This document shows positions 1-9,545 of a DNA stretch of 36,347 bases, piece by piece; positions within the stretch are counted from its first letter, which is position 1; the number at the start of each line of letters is the position of its first letter. Source of the stretch: a virus (lineage: Duplodnaviria > Caudoviricetes); the IMG/VR virus record IMGVR_UViG_3300034072_000197, positions 1 to 36,347 of that record; one strand, 5' to 3'. A program made the position numbers and the translations under genes. Under the pieces are notes generated by a model. It searched no databases and was not told the origin of the DNA. It saw only the letters and a program-made list of their open reading frames with translations.

Positions 1-501
1 CACCCGCTTGGCTTCAGCGGTGGCGAAGATCGCCTGCTCGCGCGCAGCCTGGGAAGCGAATAGTTCAGCGGCCAGCGCCTGTGTCATGGTGATGAAGCTG
101 CCGTCCATCGTCTTCCACTGGAGGTTCGCCGGGATGCTTGCGCCCATCATCACCAGCGCAATCTGCTGCTGCTTGGAGCGCACATCGGTGTGGAACCACT
201 TACCCTGCACCAGACAGCCGCCGCTCTCTGTCAGCTCATCCCTGATCTGCTTCAGGCGATCCCAACGGATCGCTTTGCGCTCTGCGCTGGGTCGCTCAAC
301 GTAGGCGACATAAGGCGCGGTGTCGGACTCCACACGCTGATATTTCATGCCGTCATAGTCAGCAGGTGGCGCGGATTCTTCAACCTCGCTGATACCCAGA
401 GCGGGCCACAAGCTGCGGTCAGTGAAGTTTGGGTATGTCACACCGTCGATGGTGGATTTGGCGTAGACGTTGAAGCGTTTACCATTGCGAATCTGGATCA
501 T
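1..501 (-). CDS. DUF4376-like tail-associated protein (3' end runs off the window; not in the ORF track)
   Basis: Manual translation from ATG 501 (ATGA overlap with the stop of the upstream gene) is open to base 1: MIQIRNGKRFNVYAKSTIDGVTYPNF...IRWDRLKQIRDELTESGGCLVQGKWFHTDVRSKQQQ...LQWKTMDGSFITMT. The WFHTD..S and WKTMDGSF motifs are typical of DUF4376 proteins found next to tail fibres. Confidence 0.75.
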   Translation of the reverse strand, partial: MIQIRNGKRFNVYAKSTIDGVTYPNFTDRSLWPALGISEVEESAPPADYDGMKYQRVESDTAPYVAYVERPSAERKAIRWDRLKQIRDELTESGGCLVQGKWFHTDVRSKQQQIALVMMGASIPANLQWKTMDGSFITMTQALAAELFASQAAREQAIFATAEAKRV

Positions 502-2141
502 GGGTTGACCTTTGCTCGGTTGGGGTAGTCGAACTCGTCAACGAACGACGAGACCGAGAATGTGTTGCTGCCAGAGGCGTTGTAGCTGGCGCTACTGGTT
601 CGTATCTTGATGCCATTGGCAAGGCGATCAGCATGGGTGCCCCATGTCACAGCGTTGCCGTTGATCGTCATGGTGTCTGGCGTACCACCCAGCCATACAA
701 ACGGGCCGTCTGCACTGGCATTTCCAGTCAACGAGCCGCTGCTAATAGGTGTGATGCTCAGATTTGCTGTGCAGAGCGGCAGGAAGCCAGTGGGGGGCGT
801 GTAGGCAAAGGGGCGTTGGCCTGCGTTGAAGTTTGCTGTGGTCGAAAACAGCCCGACATATACAAACAAACCTTGCGGCACAGAAGTGAAGCTAGGATTC
901 GACCCTGCTGATGGGTTGCCAGTTGTGCCGTAGGTGGGGGAGCCTGCATCAAACCAAGTATTGTTCCGGCCGATCCACAAACGGTTGTTGTCTGCGTCGT
1001 AAGCAAGCTGCAAAACATCACCAGCAACAATGGAGTAATTCGTAGTTGCTTGTCGCTGAGTCCCACCGCCGCTTAAAGGCGTATTCGCGGACGCGCCACC
1101 ATAAAGACCCCAGAAGTTTGCATTCCCTGCTGGAATTACAGTCAGGCTCTTGGCAGAAGCGGCAAGCCCAAACGAAGTGATGTTGTTTGACCCTGATGTA
1201 GTTCCAATGACCAGCTCGACATAGTGTTTACCTGAAGCCGGTAGCGCAAAGGTGGATCGAGTACCCCTAAAGCTCTGCGCTGCCTGACTAACTTGCAGGT
1301 TCGCGTTGGCGTGAGTGTTCGCTGTGTCCAACGGATTCAACACCGCAAAGTTATTCGTAGGTGTGTCGTCCATCCAGTCGTAAGTGACACCAGCCGTCAG
1401 ACTGATGTTTGTAGCCGTCCAGTTATTACCGTTACCGCTGGCGTCAGCCGTCAGCGTGGTCAGGGATGTGCCATCGTTGAACGGCAGATAGAACCCGTTG
1501 GTGCCATAGGTGCCGGTGTACTTCTTAGGAACCCAGACACCGTTAGCGTTAAACTCACCGAAGGAGGTAGGATCAAGAGCTTGACCGTCGATGAAGTTGA
1601 TTTCGGAGAGGTAGCCGTCAATCTGTCCACCTGACCCAGAACCATTACGACCAATTTCATAAGTGCGTGTAGCTATATCATTCCAAAAATTATTTGCTGC
1701 GTTTTGCGCCCAAATTGTGTTTGAGGAGAACGAAGTGACCTCAACGCTGTTGATGTACATACGCGCGCGATCAGCGGCGTTTGTCGCTGTAACATCGCCC
1801 ATTACGACGATGTGGTAGTGCTCAGAGGGATCTCGTAACAAAGCAGTTGACTGCTTATTCAGAATTGTCGTGCCAGCGGAAACACATGTAAAACACAGTT
1901 GGCCGTTAGACCCCGGCCCAATAAAAAGGTAGTTCAAAATACTCCCACCAGCAGTCCCAAACCAAGTCCCCTGTCCAATAGTGCCTAGCTTTGCCCAAAA
2001 ACTAATTGTGGCCTTGCCAGAAACGGTGGGAGTCCCAAATGACCTAGACAGGTGCGCAGAAGCACTTGCACGAAAGCGAAGAGACTTTTCAATCTGGTAC
2101 GCAGCACCACCTTCAGAAAAAACAGCAGGAGGGAAAATCAT
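498..2141 (-). CDS. LamG/concanavalin-A-like plus SPRY-like domain virion protein, probable receptor-binding tail component
   Basis: 547 aa, G/S/T/N-rich. Motifs SLRF..SASAHLSR, LLRDPS..YHIVV, GYLSEINFIDGQALDPTSFGE, YGTNGFYLPF, DTPTNNFAVLNPL and NFNAGQRPFAYTPPTGF. Located in the tail module with ATGA overlaps on both sides. Confidence 0.75.
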   Translation of the reverse strand: MIFPPAVFSEGGAAYQIEKSLRFRASASAHLSRSFGTPTVSGKATISFWAKLGTIGQGTWFGTAGGSILNYLFIGPGSNGQLCFTCVSAGTTILNKQSTALLRDPSEHYHIVVMGDVTATNAADRARMYINSVEVTSFSSNTIWAQNAANNFWNDIATRTYEIGRNGSGSGGQIDGYLSEINFIDGQALDPTSFGEFNANGVWVPKKYTGTYGTNGFYLPFNDGTSLTTLTADASGNGNNWTATNISLTAGVTYDWMDDTPTNNFAVLNPLDTANTHANANLQVSQAAQSFRGTRSTFALPASGKHYVELVIGTTSGSNNITSFGLAASAKSLTVIPAGNANFWGLYGGASANTPLSGGGTQRQATTNYSIVAGDVLQLAYDADNNRLWIGRNNTWFDAGSPTYGTTGNPSAGSNPSFTSVPQGLFVYVGLFSTTANFNAGQRPFAYTPPTGFLPLCTANLSITPISSGSLTGNASADGPFVWLGGTPDTMTINGNAVTWGTHADRLANGIKIRTSSASYNASGSNTFSVSSFVDEFDYPNRAKVNP

Positions 2142-3508
2142 GCGAACGGCCCTCCAGCAGAAACCAGTACGTTAGTGCCGTCAGGACTCCAGTAGGACAG
2201 CCAATACTCGCCCGTGACGCTGATGGTAGCCAGTAGAGTCGAAGTCACTTTGGTGGTGCCCGCTGCCGCGATGGTGTAGTTCGACCCATTGACCAGATAG
2301 ATGCAGCCGCGCTGGCCCTGCGTGATGTTCGTGAATGTCAGTGTGAATCCAGCGGTCGGAGTGCAGAGAAAATCGAGACCGGCGCTCATGTCGAACGAGC
2401 CGTCGTTGTCTGTCACGGGAGTGGCGCGGGGTGAGCCTGTCCAGTTTTGGTCGCCTGCCAGCTTGGCCAATCCAGCCTCATAAGTCGGATCAATCTTTGC
2501 TTGCGTGACGCTCTGGTCTGCCGGGACGTTGATCGCCTGTGTGGAAATCCACCGGACGAACACATTATTCGTGCCGCTGGGTGGCGCGCTTGTGAACGTC
2601 AGCGTAGTGCCTGACAAGGTGTAATCGCTGACAGGAACCTGCCGAACGCCGCTGATGTACACCTCCAGGGAACCGATAGACCCAGGAGTCCCGGCCAGAG
2701 TGAATGCGGTTTGCGCGCCCGTTCCGCTGAACGACTGGTAAGGCGTGCTGACACCCTGCGCCACAGCCTGCCAGGCGCTGCCCGTGTAAACCCGCATCTC
2801 GTTGGAGCCAGAGTTCCAGTACAGGGCGCCCGTCAGCAATGCGTTGCCATCGTTGTCCAGCGTCGGGTCGCTCGCCTTGGAGCCAAGGTAGCGGTCATCA
2901 AAAGCATCGTAGGACGCCGCCGCTGCATTCTCGCTTACCAATGCTGCCGCTGCACTATCTGCCGCAGCGCTGGCCTGGTTGGGCGCGTCCACGATTGCCG
3001 CGATGTTGGCTGCCGCAGTCGTCACGTCTGACGCGATCCCGGCCACGGCGGTCACGTCGGTGCTGATGCCCGCCACCGTGATGAGGTCGGCGGTCAACTG
3101 CTCCAGTGTGGTCGTGTCCGTCGCAGGAACCTTGATGGAGCGGTCAATCTCCTCCTTGAGCTGCTGCGTCTGCATCGTCAGCAGATCGAGTGCGTTCTCG
3201 TGGGACTCGGCGGGGAATGCGTCGTTGTTCTGGTAGTCCGTCTCCTGCACGAACGGCACGTCGCGGATGATGGTCAGCTTCTCGCCAGTGGCCAGCGCCG
3301 ACACCAGAGTGACCGAGCCAGTGTCGTTGCCGACGCCCGCAACCGTGTAGTCGGTCGTGAGTGTAAGGTCGGAATCGACGCCAGCAGTCGAGGTCTTGAT
3401 GACGCGGATGTGCGTTTCGTCGAGAAAACGAAAGCCGACCGTAAACGGCCCGGTCGTGCCGGAACCAGCATACGGCCCCGATTTGTTGGTTTCAGATGCT
3501 ACGGTCAT
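2138..3508 (-). CDS. Tail fibre protein with T7 gp17-like N-terminal attachment domain
   Basis: N-terminus YAGSGTTGPFTVGFRFLDETHIRV...LTIIRDVPFVQETDYQNNDAFPAESHENALDLLTMQTQQL, then an Ala-rich coil and FDDRYLGSKASDPTLDNDGNALLTGALYWN. Follows the ejection genes. Confidence 0.85.
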   Translation of the reverse strand: MTVASETNKSGPYAGSGTTGPFTVGFRFLDETHIRVIKTSTAGVDSDLTLTTDYTVAGVGNDTGSVTLVSALATGEKLTIIRDVPFVQETDYQNNDAFPAESHENALDLLTMQTQQLKEEIDRSIKVPATDTTTLEQLTADLITVAGISTDVTAVAGIASDVTTAAANIAAIVDAPNQASAAADSAAAALVSENAAAASYDAFDDRYLGSKASDPTLDNDGNALLTGALYWNSGSNEMRVYTGSAWQAVAQGVSTPYQSFSGTGAQTAFTLAGTPGSIGSLEVYISGVRQVPVSDYTLSGTTLTFTSAPPSGTNNVFVRWISTQAINVPADQSVTQAKIDPTYEAGLAKLAGDQNWTGSPRATPVTDNDGSFDMSAGLDFLCTPTAGFTLTFTNITQGQRGCIYLVNGSNYTIAAAGTTKVTSTLLATISVTGEYWLSYWSPDGTNVLVSAGGPFA

Positions 3509-3530
3509 GGCGCCCCCAAGGATTGCTGCA

Positions 3531-3559
3531 TTCTAACTGTGTGGTGCGAAAACAACAAC
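3531..3559 (-). promoter_or_regulatory. Putative tail-fibre promoter overlapped by an operator-like motif
   Basis: Minus strand reads TTGTTG-N17-TAGAAT. Motif GGTGCGAAAACAACAAC at 3543-3559 is nearly identical to 17980-17996. Confidence 0.5.
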
Positions 3560-3561
3560 AT

Positions 3562-6500
3562 TCATTGCGCGACCTGAGACGGCGGCAGATAGAACGTTTG
3601 CCCATACTCGGTCTGTGCCCGGCGCTCCATGCGGCGCAGGAAGCCCGGATTCAGCGCCTCCTGAATGCGGTACAGGATCGCGTAGTCCAGAGCCGAGCGC
3701 ACATAAAACAGGTTCATGAACGGCGTGTTGTCCAGCAGCGCCTTGAAACTCGCCGCTGCCACATCGTCACCAGTGCGGATGCGCGTCCACAGGTCGGCCA
3801 GTGTGTCGGCCACGTTGGCCACCGGTCCAGTCATTGAGCCGGAAAGCGTTTGGCCCATGCGGTTGTACTTGCCGAACAGAAAATCACCGTACAGGCCCAA
3901 GCCGCCGCCCTGGACGAACGCCGCCGCCCATGTGTTCGGGTTGTCCAGTGGGCGCGGATTCTTGCCTCGCAGCAGATCCTTGATGCTCATGGCCGCGTAG
4001 CCCATAGCGGCAGACAGTGCCATGAACGACACCAGCCCAAGCATCTCGCCACGCCCGTTACGCATGTACTCGCCCAGCGTGTCGTAACCGCGCCCGTACA
4101 CCTCACGGCCAAGCGCGGTCTGGACAAGCGCCACCGGGAAGGATTTGAACTGCCATACGAAGCGCAGGATTTCACCAACCACGGTCCCAGGCTGAGTGCC
4201 TCGCATCAGGAACGCCCTTGCCCGGGCACCCGGCTCGATGACGGCGTGGTGCATCCGGTCAATCGTCATGGCGCGCAGTGCGCCAGCCAGATCGTCCTGC
4301 AGGTTCAGGATCGCGGCGTCTGACACCTTGCGGCCAACAGAGGTGATGTATGCCTCCATTGCCGACTGCGGTATCGTGGCTAGTCCGTCAGGCGTCATGT
4401 ACATCCTGCCGTCGGCCTGATTGAGCGGAGCCAGTCGCAGCAATTCCCACTTGCCAGCGTCAATGTTGTAAAGTTGCAACATATCCCGCAGCGAGTTTGG
4501 GAGGCCATCCCATTTCTTGCTGGAGTTCTGCGCCAGGTAGTGCGAGTGCGCCAGCGCGTAGCCGTCTCGCAAGGATTCCGTCCACCAGTTCAGGCCGTTG
4601 AGCTTGAAGAACTGCTGCATGGCCCACGACATCTTGCCGCCGATCAGGTCGGGATTGTCGAAGCGGGCATAGACCGAACCAAGCGTGGACTCGTGGAACA
4701 CGCCAAGCGAGGACAGCACCTGCTGCTTTTCGCCCTTTGCGCGGCCACGGGTGACGGCGCCGATGCCGTCCAGCACGCCGCCCAGCAGGTTTTTCTTCTG
4801 GCCGAACCGCATCTCGGCGGCATAGTTCGCCAGATCGGTGACGGACGAGATCAGCGCTCCGCCCAGCCGGGACATTGAGACCCATGCGCGGGTGTTCGCG
4901 CTGATCTTGGCGGCGGTGGCGTCACCAGGGATGTTCGCGGCGCCCGTGACGTGCGCCAGCAGGTTCTCCATCTCTTTACGCTTGGAGACGAACTGTGCGC
5001 GGCGCACCGAGTCACCACGAAGCGACTCGGCATACTCATCGAACAGCCGCTGCATGGTGGCTTCAGGATTCGTGCCCAGCACCTTCAGCAAGCCCGCCGA
5101 CTTGGCTGCGTTGTCCAGTCCGGTCAGCACCAGTTCGGCCAGCCTGCCCTGTCCGAAGCGCACGTTGTACTCGTGCGCCGCGTTGCCGTCCTTGAAATAC
5201 AGCGTGCGGCTGGCGGACACCTTCTTGGCCAGGTTCTGCGTGCCACGGAACGCGACCAGATCGCTGTCATCCGTTGGCGTCTTCATGTGCAGGCCAGCCG
5301 CAAAGTCGTCGTACATGCCGCGCAGCGAGGCCATCGGGTCGGTCTCGGAGATCAGTCCAAGGCGCACCATCTTGGCGATGTCCAGGCGCGATGACACGAA
5401 CTGCACCCAGTCGGATTCACCAGCCTCGCGGATCTTGAACATGTCGTGCGTCTGCCGTGCAATGTAGCCCTTCAGATCACGAATCCATGCACCGAAGCGG
5501 TTGCGGGTGTTGCGCGCGTCGTTCTGGTACTTGTTGATGATCTCGGCCACCTGCACGGCCTCACGCGGCAGACGATCGTTGCCAGCACCATCCTTGCCCA
5601 GATTCCACAGGGCAGCGGAGATGTCGCGGTCGAAGTCGCCAGAGGTGAACACCTTGGTCAGACCCTGCTTTTCCAGGTCAGCGATCATGCCGCCCAGCCA
5701 CTCACCCCGGAACTGTTTCTGTTCGGCCTCGACCGACATGCGGCCCCCTACCCGCTTGCGCTCAGTGCCCACAAGCAGCGCGCGGAAACCCTCGAAATCC
5801 AGGCCCGGCTTGCGGAACTGGTTGACGAACGTGGCGGCCTTCATGCGGGCATTGATGTTCAGCGCCGCGTTGCGCTTCTCGATGACGGAAGCCATCTGCA
5901 GGTTGTTCGCCAGCGTGTCTGCCGCCTGCATCGCGTCGAACTGCAGGTCATTGGCCACGTCACCAGACTGCATCGCCGTGCGTGCGGTGCGAGCTACACC
6001 GCGCAGACTCTTCACCTGCTTGCGCAGTTCACCCAGCAGATTGTCGATCTCAGCCGGGGTGATGTCGGGCAGCGCCGCACGCATGGCGGCCACGGCTTGA
6101 GCGTCGTTGTCCAGCTTGTCAGCCGCAGCACGCAGCACGCCTGCGTAGGATTTCGCGCGGGCCACGGCATCGTCGTAGGGCTTCAGTTCGTCAGCTGCGG
6201 TGGATGGGTCTGGGGTTTCGCCTCGGCTGTACGCGAGCTCCAGTGGTGCGCTGCCAGCCGCCTCGCCACGTTTAGCCACATCATGCAACGCAGCCACGGC
6301 CATCGCGCGGAAATCCGCCTCTGTCAGCGTCATGCGTTCCCGTGCAGCTGCGAACGTCCTGAACGCCCATGCACGCACGGCGGCCACAATCCGCTGCACC
6401 AGCGGCAGATCAGGCGAGTTCTGCACCAGGTAGGCCAGCTGTTCCTCGCGCACCAGGTTCATCGGCGTGTCGGCAGGCACAGCAGCGCGGGCATCGTTCG

Positions 6501-9500
6501 CCCATGACTCGCCGCGCAAGATGGCGTCGTCCAGTTCGGCCAGAACGGAGTCGAACACATCAGCGCCCAGCATCTCGCGCATACCGACGTGAACGCCGAC
6601 TTCGTGCAGAACAATGCCGCGTGCCTCGGCTTCTGAGATGTTCTCGGCCACGACATAGACTGTGCCGTCTGGCGCTGTGGCCGCCTTCACGTCGGCGGGG
6701 TGCGGGCCGCCGGGGATGTCTTTCGGGGTGGCTACGATTTGGATTTGGCCGCGAGCGATTAGCGCCTCAGACGCATCGCCAAAGGACGCCTTCAGAGCGC
6801 CATCGAGAACGGCGGACGCCTGCTGTCCCTCAATGCCGCGCGAATACAAAATGTCGTTCTTGGTCGGGTCAAACGTACCACGGTTGCCCATCGCAGATTT
6901 GACCTGCGTTTCCTCGAAAGGAATGTAGACCGGGGATACGATGCTGCCGCCGCCCTTGCCTGACCAGTCAATGATGCCGTCATAGCCAAGCGACTTGAAA
7001 ACCTCAGTCACCTTGTCAGGGATGCTCGTCCAGACATAGGAACGGTCGCTGCCTTCAGCATTGAATGCGGCAACCCAGTCGCGCAGCGTGCGGGTGTTCT
7101 TGTCCCACATGTCAGCGCCGGATTGCGCCGCCCGGCTGCGATCCTTTTTGGCTGCGGCATTCAGCGCATCAACCACTTCCTGCGGAACGTCGCTGGTGAC
7201 CAGCGGCTTCTGTATGGCGATGTAGTTTTTGTAGACAGCTGGGAACTCAAGGAATGGGCTGTCAAACTGCACGTCCTTCATGGGCATGCCAGCCAGGCGC
7301 AGCACATCCATGAACTTTTCTTCGTCGTTGAACAGCGCGCCGCTCGTCAGCCACGTTTCAACAGCGGCCTTCAGCGGATTGCCCCGACGGTCATAGCCGC
7401 GCTGGGTCTGCTTCAGTTCCCACTCGTAGGCGCCAATGTCGCCGCCACCTTCTTCGTAGATGACATTGCCGTCATCATCGGTGCGGATGTCAGGAAGCCG
7501 CTGCTCGATCTTTGTCTTCACTTCAGGCGGCAGCGAATACCACGAACGGGCAACGTCAACAGGGTTGCGCTGGCCGGGGACAGTGATCTTGAACCAGTTG
7601 GAGTAATCCTGTTCCTCGTTCGACAGGCTGGTGTCAGCCTTGCCTTGCGCGTAATTCGACGCCAGAGCAGGATCGCTGGTGTGGTATGCCATCGGCCCAC
7701 TGGTGGCGCGCTTCTTCAGGAACTTCGTGCCGACTCGATCAGGACGCTTGGTGCCATGAAACGCCTCCAACAGCACCTTTTCGCCAGTCTTGAAATCATG
7801 CGTGTTCGCTGCTTCTGATGTAACAAGCGGCGCGTCGTTCGACCACTTCGCCAGGTTCTCAGCGGCCTGCTCTGGAGTGACGCGCTTCGATCCGCGCGCG
7901 TACTTAAACGCCTGATCCCCCGCCTTGATCGTGTCGTCCAGCAGTGCCATTGCCTCGGCCTCGGCCTGCTCTGCCGCGCTCATTTCCTCCCACTTCGGGG
8001 CGGCAGCGTTACGAGCGTCCACAGCCTCAGACGCGCCAACATCAGACAGCGGGCGGTTCTCCGGTGCGAAATTCGCATCAGCGCGGGCAGCCACATCGTC
8101 AACCGTGTGCGTGGCCAGGTTCGGGTCCATGCCGACGATGGCGTCCACATCCACCTCGCGGCCATCCATCATCTGCGCCACGGATGCGCGCAGGGCGGCT
8201 TCGCGGGTTTCGGGTTCAACGAACGCGGCAACCTCTCGTGCAGGCGCTTCTGCCTGAATGGCTTCACGCTCCAGCATGGCCTCGCGCTGGGCCTCCAGCC
8301 GGTCAGCCTCAGACTCGGCAAAGTCCGCACGCTGGCGGGCCTCCATCTCGGCGATCTGGTCATCAATGCGCAGAACTCGTTCGCCATTGAAGGCGCGCGT
8401 CACCATGTCCTGCGTCATGCGAATGGCTTCATCACTGCCAGATTCGATGCCAGCAGGCAGGAACCCTTCCTCTGCCAGAATCTCGGCAATCTGGTCGTAC
8501 TCGGTCAGGCCGTCGCGCTTGACCACGCCAGGCAGTTTGCGGTTCAGGCGCAGGCCGTTCTCGCCGCCCGCATCACGGGCTAGCGTCGGGTCGATGCCGC
8601 CAGCGCGGCGCAGAGCCTGCAGCAGATCGCGCCGGACGTTCGGCACTTCTGGCACGTTTTCGACCACGGCGGCAGGCGCATCCACCCGCCCAACCGGCTC
8701 CACAATCTCAGGCATCCCAGCCCGCGCAGACTCCGGAGCAATGCCAGCCTCCAGCCGCTGCTCAGGCGTCATATCCACAGCGGCGGCCATCGTCTCAGGC
8801 GTCGGGTCGATCACGGGCGCGGCACGCTGCGCACGGTAGCGCATCAGGTCGCCCAGCGCGCCGCCAAGGGTGTGCACACCACCCCCGAAGGCCGTGCCGA
8901 ATGCGATGTTCGCCATCGAGTCGTATGCCGTGTAGTCGTCGCCAAGCGACTGGCGGCCAGCGTAGTACAGCGGCTCCAGCACTGCGGTTGAGATTCCAGC
9001 ATCAGCCGCGCCAAGCAGAGCGCGGGCGCCAGTGCGGGCGGCGAAGGTTTCACCGACTGCAGCGGTGGCGGCCACGCTTTTCAGCGTTGAAATCGAACGA
9101 GTCCACGGCACGAACGCGGTGGCTAGGTTGATCGGGTCCACCATGCCAGCGCCGAACATCGCGGCACCTCGCGCCACACTGCTCAGCTCCCAAGGTGTGC
9201 GGTTGCGCACATCCTTCACTGCGGTCAGTTCGCGCTGGCGGTCAATCAGCACGTCAAGCTGCTTCTTCGTGAACACGCCATCGGCCATGCTCAGACCGCG
9301 CAAAGTCACGCCCGACTGTTTCACGATGTCCTCTGCCTCGCTAGTGGACAGCTTCGGGCCATCCTCGGACGCCATGCGTGCCTGGATATTGGCAACCGTC
9401 ACCGGCCCATAGGACTCCATCCACGCCTCGCGCACGGCGGCGTTCATCTTCTGCATGCCAGTCGGCGCAAAGTCCTGCAGCGTGGATTCCTGGGTGCCCT

Positions 9501-9528
9501 GATCGTCAGATCCGAGGTACATCGTCAT
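3562..9528 (-). CDS. Large internal virion (DNA ejection, gp16-like) polyvalent protein with ADP-ribosyltransferase-like and zincin-like modules
   Basis: 1988 aa and last of three internal-virion genes. Helical C-terminal region typical of podovirus ejection proteins (QFKSFP, GGGLGLYGDFL, TPFMNLFY, NPGFLRRME). Internal FHGT...AYHTSDPALASNYA...GYDGII...QVKSAMGNRGTFD and VLHEVGVH motifs. Confidence 0.8.
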   Translation of the reverse strand: MTMYLGSDDQGTQESTLQDFAPTGMQKMNAAVREAWMESYGPVTVANIQARMASEDGPKLSTSEAEDIVKQSGVTLRGLSMADGVFTKKQLDVLIDRQRELTAVKDVRNRTPWELSSVARGAAMFGAGMVDPINLATAFVPWTRSISTLKSVAATAAVGETFAARTGARALLGAADAGISTAVLEPLYYAGRQSLGDDYTAYDSMANIAFGTAFGGGVHTLGGALGDLMRYRAQRAAPVIDPTPETMAAAVDMTPEQRLEAGIAPESARAGMPEIVEPVGRVDAPAAVVENVPEVPNVRRDLLQALRRAGGIDPTLARDAGGENGLRLNRKLPGVVKRDGLTEYDQIAEILAEEGFLPAGIESGSDEAIRMTQDMVTRAFNGERVLRIDDQIAEMEARQRADFAESEADRLEAQREAMLEREAIQAEAPAREVAAFVEPETREAALRASVAQMMDGREVDVDAIVGMDPNLATHTVDDVAARADANFAPENRPLSDVGASEAVDARNAAAPKWEEMSAAEQAEAEAMALLDDTIKAGDQAFKYARGSKRVTPEQAAENLAKWSNDAPLVTSEAANTHDFKTGEKVLLEAFHGTKRPDRVGTKFLKKRATSGPMAYHTSDPALASNYAQGKADTSLSNEEQDYSNWFKITVPGQRNPVDVARSWYSLPPEVKTKIEQRLPDIRTDDDGNVIYEEGGGDIGAYEWELKQTQRGYDRRGNPLKAAVETWLTSGALFNDEEKFMDVLRLAGMPMKDVQFDSPFLEFPAVYKNYIAIQKPLVTSDVPQEVVDALNAAAKKDRSRAAQSGADMWDKNTRTLRDWVAAFNAEGSDRSYVWTSIPDKVTEVFKSLGYDGIIDWSGKGGGSIVSPVYIPFEETQVKSAMGNRGTFDPTKNDILYSRGIEGQQASAVLDGALKASFGDASEALIARGQIQIVATPKDIPGGPHPADVKAATAPDGTVYVVAENISEAEARGIVLHEVGVHVGMREMLGADVFDSVLAELDDAILRGESWANDARAAVPADTPMNLVREEQLAYLVQNSPDLPLVQRIVAAVRAWAFRTFAAARERMTLTEADFRAMAVAALHDVAKRGEAAGSAPLELAYSRGETPDPSTAADELKPYDDAVARAKSYAGVLRAAADKLDNDAQAVAAMRAALPDITPAEIDNLLGELRKQVKSLRGVARTARTAMQSGDVANDLQFDAMQAADTLANNLQMASVIEKRNAALNINARMKAATFVNQFRKPGLDFEGFRALLVGTERKRVGGRMSVEAEQKQFRGEWLGGMIADLEKQGLTKVFTSGDFDRDISAALWNLGKDGAGNDRLPREAVQVAEIINKYQNDARNTRNRFGAWIRDLKGYIARQTHDMFKIREAGESDWVQFVSSRLDIAKMVRLGLISETDPMASLRGMYDDFAAGLHMKTPTDDSDLVAFRGTQNLAKKVSASRTLYFKDGNAAHEYNVRFGQGRLAELVLTGLDNAAKSAGLLKVLGTNPEATMQRLFDEYAESLRGDSVRRAQFVSKRKEMENLLAHVTGAANIPGDATAAKISANTRAWVSMSRLGGALISSVTDLANYAAEMRFGQKKNLLGGVLDGIGAVTRGRAKGEKQQVLSSLGVFHESTLGSVYARFDNPDLIGGKMSWAMQQFFKLNGLNWWTESLRDGYALAHSHYLAQNSSKKWDGLPNSLRDMLQLYNIDAGKWELLRLAPLNQADGRMYMTPDGLATIPQSAMEAYITSVGRKVSDAAILNLQDDLAGALRAMTIDRMHHAVIEPGARARAFLMRGTQPGTVVGEILRFVWQFKSFPVALVQTALGREVYGRGYDTLGEYMRNGRGEMLGLVSFMALSAAMGYAAMSIKDLLRGKNPRPLDNPNTWAAAFVQGGGLGLYGDFLFGKYNRMGQTLSGSMTGPVANVADTLADLWTRIRTGDDVAAASFKALLDNTPFMNLFYVRSALDYAILYRIQEALNPGFLRRMERRAQTEYGQTFYLPPSQVAQ

Positions 9529-9545
9529 GTGGCGTCCTTCAGTGG

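Noticed and set aside
1-3508. Diversity-generating retroelement as in BPP-1
   Set aside because: No reverse transcriptase and no TR/VR pair differing at adenines seen in the window. It cannot be excluded beyond the left edge.
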